Source of the DNA: Anolis carolinensis
Lineage: Eukaryota
Reading direction: 5' to 3'
DNA: 64,000 nt
NCBI RefSeq assembly: GCF_035594765.1
Contig: NW_026943824.1
Coordinates: 7,582,317 to 7,646,316 of the forward strand
Both the position numbers and the translations under genes were made by a program. Below, piece by piece: positions 23,806 to 36,896 of the stretch; position 1 is the first letter of the stretch, and each line of letters starts with the position of its first letter. The notes below the pieces were generated by a model. That model worked only from the letters and a program-made list of their open reading frames with translations, had not been told where the DNA came from and did not search any database.

Positions 23806-25395
23806 TGTATGACACAGCAAACAAGATAGATATGCTGGATTTCGTATCACAAAATCACAAGTTGAACACTTCCCAAGTGTCTAGGACTGTGTGATGTATT
23901 TTTGGATGATGTGCGCAGATCCCAGTTGGGTGGCCTTTTGCAGTTGGCAGATCGTAATTTTTTCAATGTCTATTGTTTCCAAATGCCGGCTGAGATCTTT
24001 CGGCACGGCACCCAGTATGCCCATCACCACCGGGACCACCTGCACTGGTTTCTGCCAGAGTTTCTGCCAAGTTCAATCTTGAGGTCCTGAGAGCGGCTGA
24101 GTTTTTCCTGTTGTTTTTCGTCAATATGACTGTCACCTGGGATGGCGACATCAATGATCCAAACCTTCTTCTTTTCCATAACTGTGATGTCTGGTGTGTT
24201 GTGTTCCAGAACTTTGTCAGTCTGGATTCGGAAGTCCCACAGTATCTTTACGTGCTCATTTTCCAATACTTTTGCAGGTTTGTGATCCCACCAGTTCTTT
24301 GCTGCTGGGAGGTGGTACTTGAGGCATAAGTTCCAATGAATCATTTGGGCCACATAGTTCTGCCTCTGTTTGTAGTCTGTCTGTGCAATTTTCTTACAGC
24401 AGCTGAGGATATGATCCATGGTTTCGTCAGCTTCCTTGCACAGCCTGCATTTTGTGTCATCAACTGATTTTTCGATCTTGGCCTTGATTGCATTTGTCCT
24501 CATGTCTTGCTCCTGGGCTGCAAGGATCAGGCCTTCTGTCTCCTTCTTCAGGGTCCCATTCGTGAGCCAGAGCCAGGTCTTCTCCTTATCAGCTTTTCCT
24601 TCAATTTTGTCAAGGAACTTTCCATGCAATGTTTTGTTGTGCCAGCTGTCAGCTCTAGTTTGTAGTGCGGTTTTCTTGTACTGGTTTTTTTGTCTGCTGT
24701 GCTTTGAGGAGTTTCTGATTTTTGACTTCAATCAAAGCAGGTTCTTCACTTTGCTTTCCATATTCTGCCAGGACATGTTCTTCTTCTTTGACTGCTTGTT
24801 TGACTTGTAAGAGTCCTCTGCCCCCTGATCTTCTAGGCAGATATAGCCGGTCAACATCACTGCGAGAGTGCAGTGAATGATGAATGGTCATGAGTTTTCT
24901 TGTTTTTCTGTCCAAATTGTCCAGTTCCACCTGTGTCCAATTTATAATGCCAGCAGTATATCTTATGACAGGTATGGCCCAGGTGTTTATGGCCTTGATG
25001 GTGTTGCCTCCATTGAGCTTGCTTTTGAGAATTTTTCTGACCCTTTGTGTGTATTCTTTACTGACCACAGTCTTCACATGTTCATGCTTGATGTTGTCCA
25101 GCTGTAATATGCCCAGATATTTATAGGCCTCTGGCTGGTGACACTTTATTGTTTGGCCATTGGGCATATTTATGCCCTCACTTTCAATGATTTTTCCCTT
25201 CTTCAATGCCACTGTTGAACATTTGTCCAAACCAAACTCCATGCTGATATCAGTGCTAAAAATTTGGACAGTGTTAGAGACTGAATTTCAGTTTCCGTTT
25301 TCCCATACAGCTTCAGGTCATCCATGTACATCAGATGCGAAAATTTGTGAGATGTCTTAGATGTTTGATAGTCGAGATTGTTTTTTGTAAGGGTA
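23805..25395 (-). mobile_element. Dong/R4-clade non-LTR retrotransposon, 5'-truncated and frameshifted
   Basis: RT YMDDLKLY and FGLDKC, CCHC knuckle CRLC...HILSCC, restriction-like endonuclease PDI...IIDVAIP...EK; flanked by (TAA)n. Confidence 0.88.
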
Positions 25396-25721
25396 ATAAT
25401 AATTATAATAATAATAATAATTAATTCTTCTGTGTCTTGGCCCTTGGGAAGTTCGGACTGAAACCCGGAGCGGATCCAAGGGATGTGGCAAGGCCAGTTG
25501 AGTCCAGCCTGGACCCAGNNNNNNNNNNNNNNNNNNNNNNNNNNNNNNNNNNNNNNNNNNNNNNNNNNNNNNNNNNNNNNNNNNNNNNNNNNNNNNNNNN
25601 NNNNNNNNNNNNNNNNNNNNNNNNNNNNNNNNNNNNNNNNNNNNNNNNTCGGCGCCTGGACGGGACGGAGGTGCGGACAGAGCGCTCCAGACCCGCTTCT
25701 ATCCCGCTTGTGGCCCCTCCG

Positions 25722-25794
25722 ATGGGGCGACCCCCGCCTCCCCTCCTCCTCCTCCTCTCCCTCTTCTTCCTCCTGCCGCTGCTCCAAGGAACAG
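25722..25794 (+). CDS. PLA2G10: Group X secreted phospholipase A2 exon 1 (signal peptide)
   Basis: MGRPPPPLLLLLSLFFLLPLLQGT, donor CAG|GTGAGT. Join 25722-25794, 30764-30935, 32733-32839, 35075-35226 gives 167 aa. Confidence 0.8.
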
Positions 25795-25869
25795 GTGAGT
25801 GAGAGGCTACAAAGCCCAGCATCCACCCCCAGCTGCTGCTCCTAGAAGCAGGTGAATTCCCCACTCTCC

Positions 25870-27750
25870 TAGTAGATGGATAACTATAAAGCCCATCCTC
25901 TTCTTATTGGGGATGTAGGACTTCAAAACCCACCCACACAACCACCTTTGGAACAGGTGACTACAAAGCCCATCTTCCTTTTTTCTCAGATGCATGACTA
26001 CAAAGCTCCCCATCCCCTCCTCTTCAGGATAGATGACTACAAAGCCCATCCTCCCCCTCTTCTTCTTAGGGATTGGCTACTACAAAGAACATCCTCCTCC
26101 TCTTCAGGATAGATGACTACAAAGCCCATCCTCCTTTTTTCTCAGGGATCCATGACTACAAAGCTCCCCATCCCCTCCTCTTCAGGATAGATGACTACAA
26201 AGCCCATCCTCCCCTCTTCTTCTTAGGGATTGGTTACTACAAAGAACATCCTCCTCCTCTTCAGGATAGATGACTACAAAGCCCATCCTCCCCCTCTTCT
26301 TCTTAGGGATTGGCTACTACAAAGAACATCCTCCTCCTCTTCAGGATAGATGACTACAAAGCCCATCCTCCCCTCTTCTTCTTAGGGATTGGTTACTACA
26401 AAGAACATCCTCCTCCTCTTCAGGATAGATGACTACAAAGCCCATCCTCCCCCTCTTCTTCTTAGGGATTGGCTACTACAAAGAACATCCTCCTCCTCTT
26501 CAGGATAGATGACTACAAAGCCCATCCTCCCCTCTTCTTCTTAGGGATTAGTTACTACAAAGAACATCCTCCTCCTCTTCAGGATAGATGACTACAAAGC
26601 CCATCCTCCCCTCTTCTTCTTAGGGATTGGCTACTACAAAGAACATCCTCCTCCTCTTCAGGATAGATGACTACAAAGCCCATCCTCCCCTCTTCTTCTT
26701 AGGGATTAGTTACTACAAAGAACATCCTCCTCCTCTTCAGGATAGATGACTACAAAGCCCATCCTCCCCCTCTTCTTCTTCAGGATATGTTACTACAAAG
26801 CCCACCCTCCTCCTCTTCAGGATAGATGACTACAAAGCCCATCCTCCCCCTCTTCTTCTTCGGGATTGGTTACTACAAAGCTCCCCATCCTCCTCTTCAG
26901 GATAGATGACTACAAAGCCCATCCTCCCCCTCTTCTTCTTCAGGATATGTTACTACAAAGCTCCCTATCCTCCTCTTCAGGATAGATGACTACAAAGCCC
27001 ATCCTCCCCCTCTTCTTCTTCAGGATATGTTACTACAAAGCTCCCCATCCTCCTCTTCAGGATAGATGACTACAAAGCCCATCCCCCCTCTTCTTCTTAG
27101 GGATTGGTTACTACAAAGAACATCCTCCTATTCCTCTTAAGGATGGGTGACTACAAAGCCCATCCTCATCTCCTCCTTGGGCATGGATGACTACAAAACC
27201 CATCCCCACGTGTTCTTCTTCAGGATAAATGACTACAAAGCCCATCCACATCTGTTCTTTTTAAGGATGGATGACTACAAAGCCCAAGCTACTCCTTTTC
27301 TTCTTTAGGATAAATGACTACAAAGCCCACCCCCATCTGTTCTTCTTAGGGCTGGATGACTACAAAGCCCAAGCGTCTCCCTTTCTTCTTCGGGATAAAT
27401 GACTACAAAGCCCAGCCTCTTCTTCTTCTTAGGGCTGGATAACCACAAAGCCCATCCTCCTCTTTTTAGAGGCAGATAACTACAAAGCCCATCCCCTACT
27501 CTTCTGAGTAAGCCCATCAGCATCCTCTTCTTACAGGTGGATGACTACAAATTCCATCATCCTCTCCTTCTTAGGGGCTGAGGACAACAATAATAATACT
27601 TTATGGATAGGCCACTCATGCTCATACAAAGCCCATGCTCCTCTTCTTGGGGGTGGATGAATACAAAGCCCAGCATCCACACTCTGCTGCTGATAGGAGT
27701 AGGTGAATGACCTTTGGTAGGGTTACTCCAAAGCCCAGCATCCATACACT
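25870..27750. repeat. ~40-bp minisatellite with ~79-bp dimeric core in PLA2G10 intron 1
   Basis: Alternating gatagatgactacaaagcccatcc... and gggattggytactacaaagaacatcc... units. Confidence 0.93.
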
Positions 27751-28212
27751 CCTGCTGCTGCCTGTTGTAGGGCCTTCTCTATCTGTCCCTTTTGGAAGCC
27801 CTCTCTTTGGCTTTGCAGTCACAATGATGCAAATGCTCTTTTCTTGTAACCTTTGGTCCCAATGCTGAGTCTCTTGTGCCGGATGGAGGGACGTGTCTGG
27901 CCAGTCCAGCCGGCCCCTCTGGCCTCCAGTTTGGCCACCACGAGCCATTGACGTGGCCACAGGAGGAAAGGCCCAAGTGAGGTTTCCGTCCCTTCTTTCC
28001 CCATATTCCTGTTCTCACAATAACACAGAACCTTGGCAGAGACCTGGCCTCGGACTCAGTTATCTGCCCTTAACCCACCTGCGTCAACAGGGAGGGAACT
28101 CTGCGCATTCTCAGGCACTCCTTGACCCAAAGGTCTGGGCAAATAGAGCAAAATGAGTTATACAATTCTATAATCCACAGTGAAACGGAAAAAGGAAAAG
28201 TATGGTATATAA

Positions 28213-28342
28213 CAGGGGTCCCCAAACTAAGGCCCGGGGGCTGGATGCGGCCCATCGAAGCCATTTATCCGGCCCCCATGGCACAAGGGCAGAAGGGGGT
28301 TAGACTAAATGACCCAAGGGGTCTCTTCTTCTCTTAAAACCC

Positions 28343-28389
<47 letters not shown>

Positions 28390-28445
28390 ATATTTTATGA
28401 CACAGCAAACAAGATAGATATACTGGATTTCGTATCACAAAATCA

Positions 28446-28503
<58 letters not shown>

Positions 28504-29193
28504 ATTGAGGCTGGGTGGCCATCTGTCAGGGGTGCTTTACTAGTGCTTTTGATGCAGAAAGGCAGAAGGGGATTGGACTCAATGGCCCAAAGGGTCTCTT
28601 CCAACCCTCTTTATTATTATTATTATTTTATTATGATACAGCAAACAAGATAGATATGCTGGATTTCGTATCACAAAATCACAAGTCGAACACTTCCCAA
28701 GTGTCTAGGACTGTGTGGTGTATTTTCGGATGATGCGCGCAGATCCCAGCAGGGTGGCCTTTTGCAGTTGGCAGATCGTAATTTTGTCAATGTCTATTGT
28801 TTCCAAATGCCGGCTGAGATCTTTTGGCATGGCACCCAGTGTGCCCATCACCACCGGGACCACCTGCACTGGTTTCTGCCAGAGTCTTTGAAGTTCAATC
28901 TTGAGGTCCTGAGAGCGGCTGAGTTTTTCCTGTTGTTTTTCGTCAATGCGACTGTCACTTGGGATGGCAACATCAATGATCCAAACCTTGTTCTTTTCCA
29001 CAACTGTGATGTCTGGTGTGCTGTGTTCCAGAACTTTGTCAGTCTGGATTCGGAAGTCCCACAGTATCTTTGCGTGCTTATTTTCCAAGACTTTTGCAGG
29101 TTTGTGATCCCACCAGTTCTTTGCTGCTGGGAGATGGTACTTGAGGCATAAGTTCCAATGAATCATTTGGGCCACATAGTTGTGCCTCTGTTT

Positions 29194-29249
<56 letters not shown>

Positions 29250-29417
29250 ATTGAGGCTGGGTGGCCATCTGTCAGAGATGTTTTGCTTGTGCTTTTGATG
29301 CACAAAGGCAGAAGGGGATTGGACTTAATGGCCCAAAGGGTCTCTCAACCCTCTTTTTGATTGTTGTTGTTGTTGTTGTTTTATTGTATGACACAGCAAA
29401 CAAGATAGATATGCTGG

Positions 29418-29475
<58 letters not shown>

Positions 29476-29554
29476 TCTCGGTGGCCAACTATAGTCTGGC
29501 CCTCCAACGGTCCGAAGGATCATGAACCCTGTTTAAAAAGTTTGGGGACCCCTG
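28213..29554 (+). mobile_element. Non-autonomous hAT element with nested Dong/R4 fragment
   Basis: TIR CAGGGGTCCCCAAACT, TSD gtatataa; endonuclease ORF fragment at 28705-29175. Confidence 0.88.
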
Positions 29555-30052
29555 GTATATAATATAGTTTAAAGTAACTAATTAATGAGTTCTATATTTG
29601 TAAGTTTTAGATTTCTATAGTAATACAGTAGAGTCTCACTTATCCAACATAAACGGGCCGGCAGAACGTTGGATAAGCAAATATGTTGGATAATAAGGAG
29701 AGATTAAGGAGAAGCCTATTAAACATCAAATTAGGTCATGATTTTACAAATTTAGCACCAAAACATCATGTTAGACAACAAATTTGACAGAAAAAAATAG
29801 TTCAATAGGCAGTAATGCTACATAGTAATTACTGTATTTACGAATTTAGCACCAAAATATCACAATACAGTAGAGTCTCACTTATCCAAGCTTCGCTTAT
29901 CCAAGCTTCTGGATTATCCAAGCCATTTTTGTAGTCAATGTTTTCAATATATCATGATATTTTGGTGCTAAATTCGTAAATACAGTAATTATAACATAAC
30001 ATTACTGCATATTGAACTACTTTTTCTGTCAAATTTGTTGATTATATACCAG

Positions 30053-30388
30053 GGAGCCCGGTGGTGGCGCAGTGTGTTAAAGCGCTGAGCTGCTGAACTT
30101 GCAGACCAAAAGGTCGCAGGTTCAAATCCCGGGAGCGGAGTGAGCGCCCACTGTTAGCTCCCACTTCTGCCAACCTAGCAGTTCAGAAACAGGCCAATGT
30201 GAGTAGATTAATAGGTATCGCTCCGGCGGGAAGGTAACGGCACTCCATGCAGTCATGCCGGCCACATGACCTTGGAGGTGTCTACAGACAACGCCGGCTC
30301 TTCGGCTTAGAAATGGAGATGAGCACCAACCCCCAGAGTCAGACATGACTGGACTTAATGTCAGGGGAAAACCTTTACCTTTACCTAT
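30053..30388 (+). mobile_element. Sauria SINE
   Basis: Full length, 11-bp TSD attatatacca. Confidence 0.88.
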
Positions 30389-30763
30389 ATTATATACCAT
30401 ACTTTTCCTTTTTTCCGTTTCACCGCATATAGAGCAAAGGCAAAGGGAAGGGAGGGAAAGGCTAGTTGGGTGAACTATCACAAGATCGCAGACGCCAACA
30501 ATTCCTTTCCTTTTCCCCTTCTCTTCCCTCTCCTTTTCCTTCGCTTCTTTCCTTTTCCTTTCCTTGCTACCTTCCTTCCCCTCTCTTTTCTTTCTTTCCC
30601 CTCTTCTATCCTTTCCTTCAGCCTCTCATGGAAAGGAGATGGGGGTGGCTCCCATCCCAGTGGGGCAGGGAATCCGCTCCAGGTTTCAAACCAGGCGTTA
30701 GAGGAGATCTCCAGGCTGATGCAAGTGCTGATCGGAGTCCTTGGTTGCCTTCTTTCTTTCCAG

Positions 30764-30935
30764 CATCAGCAGTGGGCAGAGGAAGAGGCAGCGCTCCGGT
30801 GCGGAGCCGGAGGGGCATCTTCCAGCTGGCGGGGGCCATCCTCTGCTCCACGGGCCGCACCCCCCTGGCCTACCTGCGCTACGGCTGCTACTGCGGGCTG
30901 GGAGGCAGCGGGTGGCCCCGGGACAAGGCCGACTG
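30764..30935 (+). CDS. PLA2G10: PLA2G10 exon 2 (propeptide, furin site, Ca2+ loop)
   Basis: RSRR|GIFQLAG...YGCYCGLGG...DKADW. Confidence 0.93.
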
Positions 30936-31344
30936 GTAAGGCAAGCAGGGCACCGTCCTTCAGGGGCACCTCCTGGGTGGATCGGGGCCCACTTGCAGGA
31001 CAGAACGGGTGCAAAACAGTTTTCCAAAACTGACTGCACAGACGCAGGAAACCCACATGTGCAATTTCACAGACACCATGAAGAAGAAATGACATTTATA
31101 ACCCAGGAACAAAAAAAAAACAACATATTGCATAGTCTTATTTGTATGTGTGCAAAACCATATTGTACATCCCACCCAGTTTTATTATATTTATTTATTG
31201 TATGGTTACAAGTGTTTTATTTAATATTTGTATAGAATGTAACCAGGTCTTTTCGAGCCTGGTTGTTTGGCTTGGTACTTTGATATGGCCTAAGGACTAA
31301 TCAATAAAATGTTCTTCTTCATATTGTACATCCCTACTGAATCT

Positions 31345-31902
31345 CTCCTGCCAACCTAGCAGTTTGAAAACATGCAAATGTGAGTAGATCAATAGGTACC
31401 GCTCCGGCGGGAAGGTAACAGCGCTCCATGCAGTCATGCCAATGACCACATGACCTGGAGATGTCTTTGGACAACGCCGGCTCTTCGGCTTAGAAATGGA
31501 GATAAGAACCAACCCCCAGAGTCAGTCACAACTGGACTTAGGTAATGGTAAAGGTTTTCCCCTGACGTTAAGTCCAGTCGTGACCGACTCCGGGGGTTGG
31601 TGCTCATCTCCATTTCTAAGCCAAAGAGCCGGCGTTGTCCGTAGACACCTCCAGGTCATGTGGCCAGCATGACTGAATGGAGCGCCGTTACCTTCCCGCC
31701 GGAACGGTACCTATTGATCTACTCACATTGGCATGTTTTCAAACTGCTAGGTTGGCAGGAGCTGGGGCTAACAGTGGGCGCTCATTCCGCTCCCGGGATT
31801 TGAACCTGGGACCTTTCGGTCTGCAAGTTCAGCAGCTCAGCGCTTTAACACACTGCGCCACCATCATTGTCATAACATCAGGGGAAACCTTTACCTTTAC
31901 CT
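31345..31902. mobile_element. Nested Sauria SINEs
   Basis: A minus-strand copy (about 31541-31863) is inserted into a partial plus-strand copy. Confidence 0.75.
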
Positions 31903-32732
31903 TATTGAATCTCTAAGGAACCCCGGTGTTTAATTATACAGTAGACTCTCGCTTATCCAACATAAACGGGCCAGCAGAACGTTGGATAAGCGAATATGTT
32001 GGATAATAAGGAGGGATTAAGGAAAAGCCAATTAAACATCAAATTAGGTTATGATTTTACAAATTAAGCATCAAAACATCATGTTATACAACAAATTTGG
32101 CAGAAAAAGTAGTTCAATACACAGTAATGCTATGTAGTAATTACTGTATTTATGAATTTAGCACCAAAATATCACAATGTATTGAAAACATTGACTACAA
32201 AAATGCATTGGATAATCCAGAACGTTGGATAAGCGAGACTCTACTGTATATGTTTTTTAGCAACTCCCGGGAGATTCGTGTTTGCACTGGAATGTGCCAT
32301 GTTTGAAATAAAAAATAATCCAAATACAACATGCCACGCTGGGTTTTGCCTGTGGAAAAGAAACCACATCCTTTATGCTGCTTTTAGAACAAAACAAACC
32401 CTAAAATATAGGTTTAACTGTCATGACCTTACGGCCGCTTGAATTTTAAGCTTCAGGGAAAACAAAACTTTTGTTGTTCCTTATAGTTAAAGAGGAAAGA
32501 GATCTGACCATAATTACAACCTATGATGGGCCCAAAATGGGAGTTGTGGTTTTGCTATTATCTTCAGCCCTTTCTGCTTCACCAAACTGCAACTCTCTTT
32601 CTCCCATTGTATGGAAACATATTGTCTTTCTTTGCAAGAGGATTCTTTTATGGAGGGAGGAACAAAATTGTGTGACATAGTGCAATCCCAGCACAATTGG
32701 GCCCGAATGACTGGCGCTTTCTCTTTGGGCAG

Positions 32733-32839
32733 GTGCTGCTTCCGTCACGACTGCTGCTACGCCGAGGCCGAGAAGGAGGGCTGCGACCCCAAAATGGGAA
32801 GCTACCCCTGGGAGTGCGAGGACAAAGAAGCCAGCTGCG
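32733..32839 (+). CDS. PLA2G10: PLA2G10 exon 3 (catalytic His-Asp)
   Basis: CCFRHDCCY; interfacial Trp in YPWEC. Confidence 0.94.
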
Positions 32840-33002
32840 GTGAGAGAACCACAGAAGAGTTCTGGGCCATCTATTACAACCTCCTTCTTTCTCTCAGGCA
32901 GGAAAGCACCATCCGACCCCTCCCGACAGATGGCCATCAAAACTCATAGACTTCAGGTTCATGGGAGAAATAGGGCTATACAATAAAAGACTCCTAGAGG
33001 AT

Positions 33003-33105
33003 ACCTCACAACCTCTGAGGATGCCTGCCATAGATGTGGGCGAAACGTCAGGAGAGAATGCTTCTGGAACATGGCCACACAGCCCGAAAGACACACAACA
33101 ACCCA
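33003..33105 (+). ncRNA. Penelope end fragment with hammerhead motif
   Basis: CTGAGGA 33015-33021, stem II gcctgc/gtgggc, GAAACGTC 33042-33049, stem I cct/agg. Confidence 0.62.
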
Positions 33106-33715
33106 AAGACTCCTAGAGTTGGAACGGGTTCCCCAAGGACCCTAAAATATAATGGAGATAAAAGTGGGATACTGCTACTGCTACTACTACTACTACAGTA
33201 GAGTCTCACTTATCCAACATTCTGGATTATCCAACGCATTTTTGTAGTCAATGTTTTCAAAGCATCGTGATATTTTGGTGCTAAATTACAGTAGAGTCTC
33301 ACTTATCCAACATAAACGGGCCGGCAGAACGTTGGATAAGTGACTATGTTGGATAATAAGGAGAAATTAAGAAAAAGCCCATTAAACATCAAAATAGGTT
33401 ATGATTTTACAAATTAAGCACCAAAACATCATGTTATACAACAAATTTGACAGAAAAAGTAGTTCAGTACGCAGTAATGCTACATAGTAATTACTGTATT
33501 TACGAATTTAGGACCAAAATATCATGATATATTGAAAACATTGACTACAAAAATGCGTTGGATAATCCAGAACGTTGGATAAGCAAATGTTGGATAAGTG
33601 AGACTCTACTGTAATAAATACAGTAATTACTACATAGTATTATTATTATTTATTTATTAATAATAATCAATTGAGATAAAAGGGGGATAATAATAATCAA
33701 TTGAGGTAAACATGA

Positions 33716-33756
<41 letters not shown>

Positions 33757-33764
33757 ATAAATTG

Positions 33765-34072
33765 AGATGAAAGTGGGATGATGATGATGATGATGATGAT
33801 GATACTATGTGTCCAAAAACGGCTCAGAGGATTTCCTAGCCCTTCAATACATCATCATCATCATCATCATTATATAAATGGAGATGGAAGTGGGATGATG
33901 ATAATGATGTTACTATGGGTCCAAAAACGGCTCAGAGGATTTCCTAGCCCTTCAATACATCATCATCATCATCATCATTATATAAATGGAGATGGAAGTG
34001 GGATGATGATAATGATGTTACTATGGGTCCAAAAACTGCTCAAGAGGATTTCCTAGCCCTTCAATACATCAT

Positions 34073-34120
<48 letters not shown>

Positions 34121-34690
34121 TATATAAATGGAGATGGAAGTGGGATGATGTTAATGATGATGATAATGATACTATGGGTCCAAAAACTGCTCAGAGAATT
34201 TCCTAGCCCTTCAATACATCATCATCATCATNNNNNNNNNNNNNNNNNNNNNNNNNNNNNNNNNNNNNNNNNNNNNNNNNNNNNNNNNNNNNNNNNNNNN
34301 NNNNNNNNNNNNNNNNNNNNNNNNNNNNNNNNNNNNNNNNNNNNNNNNNNNNNNNNNNNNNNNNNNNNNNNNNNNNNNAACTGCTCAGAGGATTTCCTAG
34401 CCCTTCAATACATCATCATCATTATCATTATTTTTATTATATAAATGGAAATGGCAGTGGGATGATGATAATGATGATGATAATGATACTATGGGTCCAA
34501 AAACAGCTCAGAGGATTTTCTAGCCCTTCAATACATCATCATCATTATTGCGATGGAAGTGGGATGATGATAATGATGATGATAATGATACTATGGGTCC
34601 AAAAACTGCTCAGAGGATTTCCTAGCCCTTCAATACATTATCATCATCATCATCAACATCAACATCATCATCATTATCAATGATCTCAAT
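33765..34690. repeat. ~120-bp minisatellite with (GAT)n/(CAT)n tracts
   Basis: Repeated tactatgggtccaaaaac...tttcctagcccttcaatacatc; spans an N gap. Confidence 0.88.
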
Positions 34691-35074
34691 GGAGATAAAA
34701 GCAGATTAATAAAAATATGATAACAACAATTACAAAAACAGTACTATGAATCCAAAAAATTGTTCCCTGGTTTCCTAGCCCTTCAGTACAGTCCAACTTC
34801 CTTCTGCCATGCAGGAAAAGCACAATCACAGCCCTCCCGACAGGTGGTCATCTAACCTCTGCTTAAAAGCCTCCAAAGGAGGATCCTCCACTGGACTCTA
34901 AGGCAAGGAGTTCCACTGTGGATCAGCTCTTCTAATGGCCAGGAAGTTCTTCCTAAGTTCAGACCCCATGCTTCCCCATAGTTCAAAACTGACTCATCTC
35001 CAGGCCACGCTGCAGAGGGTTGTAGCTTTGTCTTCCTCACACCTGAGCCTCTTGCTTTCTCTCTTTTTCTGCAG

Positions 35075-35226
35075 ACGACATCAAGGAGGACAAGTGCCAG
35101 AAGCTGGCCTGCAAGTGTGACCAGGAGGCAGCCCACTGCCTGGCCGAAGCCCCCTACCAGCCCACCTACGTCTTCTGGCCACTCTCTTCCTGCGGCAGCC
35201 GCAGCCCCAAATGCAAAGACCATTAG
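35075..35226 (+). CDS. PLA2G10: PLA2G10 exon 4
   Basis: KCQKLACKCDQEAAHCL...CGSRSPKCKDH*. The mature protein has 16 Cys (group X pattern) and the gene is tail-to-tail with BFAR as in human. Confidence 0.93.
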
Positions 35227-35539
35227 GACCGTGGCCGAAGCGAGGGGGCCACACATTTTAATTTTGCACTCCATTGTGTCGTCTCATAATAATACCATAT
35301 TTACTCAAATCTAATGCTAACCCTAAATAGAACCAGCTTCTCTGAGGGATTCTACATGGTCTCCAGACCTTTGATCCTTTTAGTTTCCCTCAAATGGACG
35401 TCTTCCATCTTGGAGTCAATATCCCTCTTAAATTGCTTTGCCTCGCATCAGACTCAGGGTTAATATTCCAGCTGAAGAGGTCTGACCAAAGCAGAAGAGA
35501 GGAGCACCATGACTTCCATTGATCTCTAGACACTAGACT

Positions 35540-36615
35540 CCATTGCTGCTCAGTCGTTTAGTCATCTCCGACTCTTCGTGACCGCATGGACCAGTCCAGG
35601 CCAGAGCTCCCTGTCGGCCACCACCGCCCCCAGTTCCTTCAAGGTCGAGCCAGTCACTTCAAGGATACCGTCCATCCATCTCGCCCTTGGTCAGCCTCTC
35701 TTCCTTTTTCCTTCCATTTTCCCCAGCATCGTGATCTTTTCCAAGCTTTCCTGTCTTCTCATGATGTGGCCAAAATACTTCAACTTTGCCTCTAATATCC
35801 TTCCCTCCAGTGAGCAGCCATTGGGCATCATTTCCTGGAGGATGGACTGGTTGGATCTTCTTGCCAAGGTCCAAGGCACGCTCAGGATTTTCCTTCAAAA
35901 ACATCTCTCTTCCTTCACTCAGCCTTCCTTATGGTCCAGCTCTCGCATCCATAGGTTACTACAGGGAATACCATTGCTTTCACTATGCGGACCTTCGTGG
36001 CTAGTGTGATGTCTCTGGTTTTCACTATTTTGTCAAAGTTGGCCATTGCTCTCCTCCCAAGAAGGAAATATTTTCTGATTTTCGTGTGATCTTCATGCCT
36101 AGAAATATAAAGTCTGTCACTGCCTCCACGTTTTTTCCTTCTATTTGCCAGTTGTCAATAGGCGTCGTTGCCATGATCTTGGTTTTCTTGATGTTTAACT
36201 GCAGCCCGGCTTTTGCACTTTCTTCTTCCACCTTGGTGATAAGGCTCCTCAGCTCTTCCTCACTTTCGGCCATCAGAGTGGTATCATCTGCATACCTAAG
36301 GTTGTTAATAGGGTTGTTGTATATCTTTTGGGTTGTGTGGCCATGTTCCAGAATACTTCTGGAACATGGCCACACAGCCCGAAAGACATACAACAACCCT
36401 GTGATCCCGGCCATGAAAGCCTTTGACAACACATAAGGTTGTTAATGTTTCTTCCAGCAATTTTAACTCCGGCCTTGGACTCGTCAAGCCCCACACGTCG
36501 CATGACGTGTTCTGCGTACAAGTTGAATAGGGAGGGTGAAAGTATGCAGCCCTGCCATACTCCTTTCCCAGTCTTGAACCAGTTTGTTGTTCCATGGTCT
36601 GTTCTTACTGTGGCT
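35540..36615 (-). mobile_element. BovB (RTE) LINE fragment
   Basis: QGCILSPSLFNLYAE...INNLRYADDTTLMAESEEELRSL...PWT(L)ARRSNQSILQE...KLKYFGHIMRR. Confidence 0.88.
36310..36433. mobile_element. Penelope-derived short insertion with inverted end, inside BovB
   Basis: Fold-back of the Penelope end sequence, 13-bp TSD taaggttgttaat. Confidence 0.7.
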
Positions 36616-36896
36616 ACTCCATTGGATGCAGCCAAAAATCCCATTGGCTTTCTTAGCTGCAGCATCACACTTTTGGCTCTTGTGGTCGAGACTCCATCGG
36701 CCACTTTGCTCAGGTCTTGCAAACAGAGGGCAGCCTCTTCCTCGATGGCCCCAGTCCGGTTCCAGTGGGGCCTCCGTTCTTTGCGGCGGCCTTCCAGAAG
36801 GAGCTCGGGGACCCCCACAATGTTTACAGACCCTTTTGTGTGCCTTATGCGCCAAATGCTAGGGCCAGTTGTGCTGGCAAACTGAGATGCATCCAG

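Noticed and set aside
25870-27550. Repeated GACTACAAAG (DYK) resembling FLAG-tag DNA
   Set aside because: It is never followed by DDDDK codons; it is a natural minisatellite with in-frame stops.
30053-30135. tRNA-like A/B boxes
   Set aside because: These are SINE heads, not tRNA genes.
25722-35226. PLA2 as a venom-type or novel phospholipase
   Set aside because: The 16-Cys pattern, RR propeptide and position next to BFAR identify ordinary single-copy group X PLA2.
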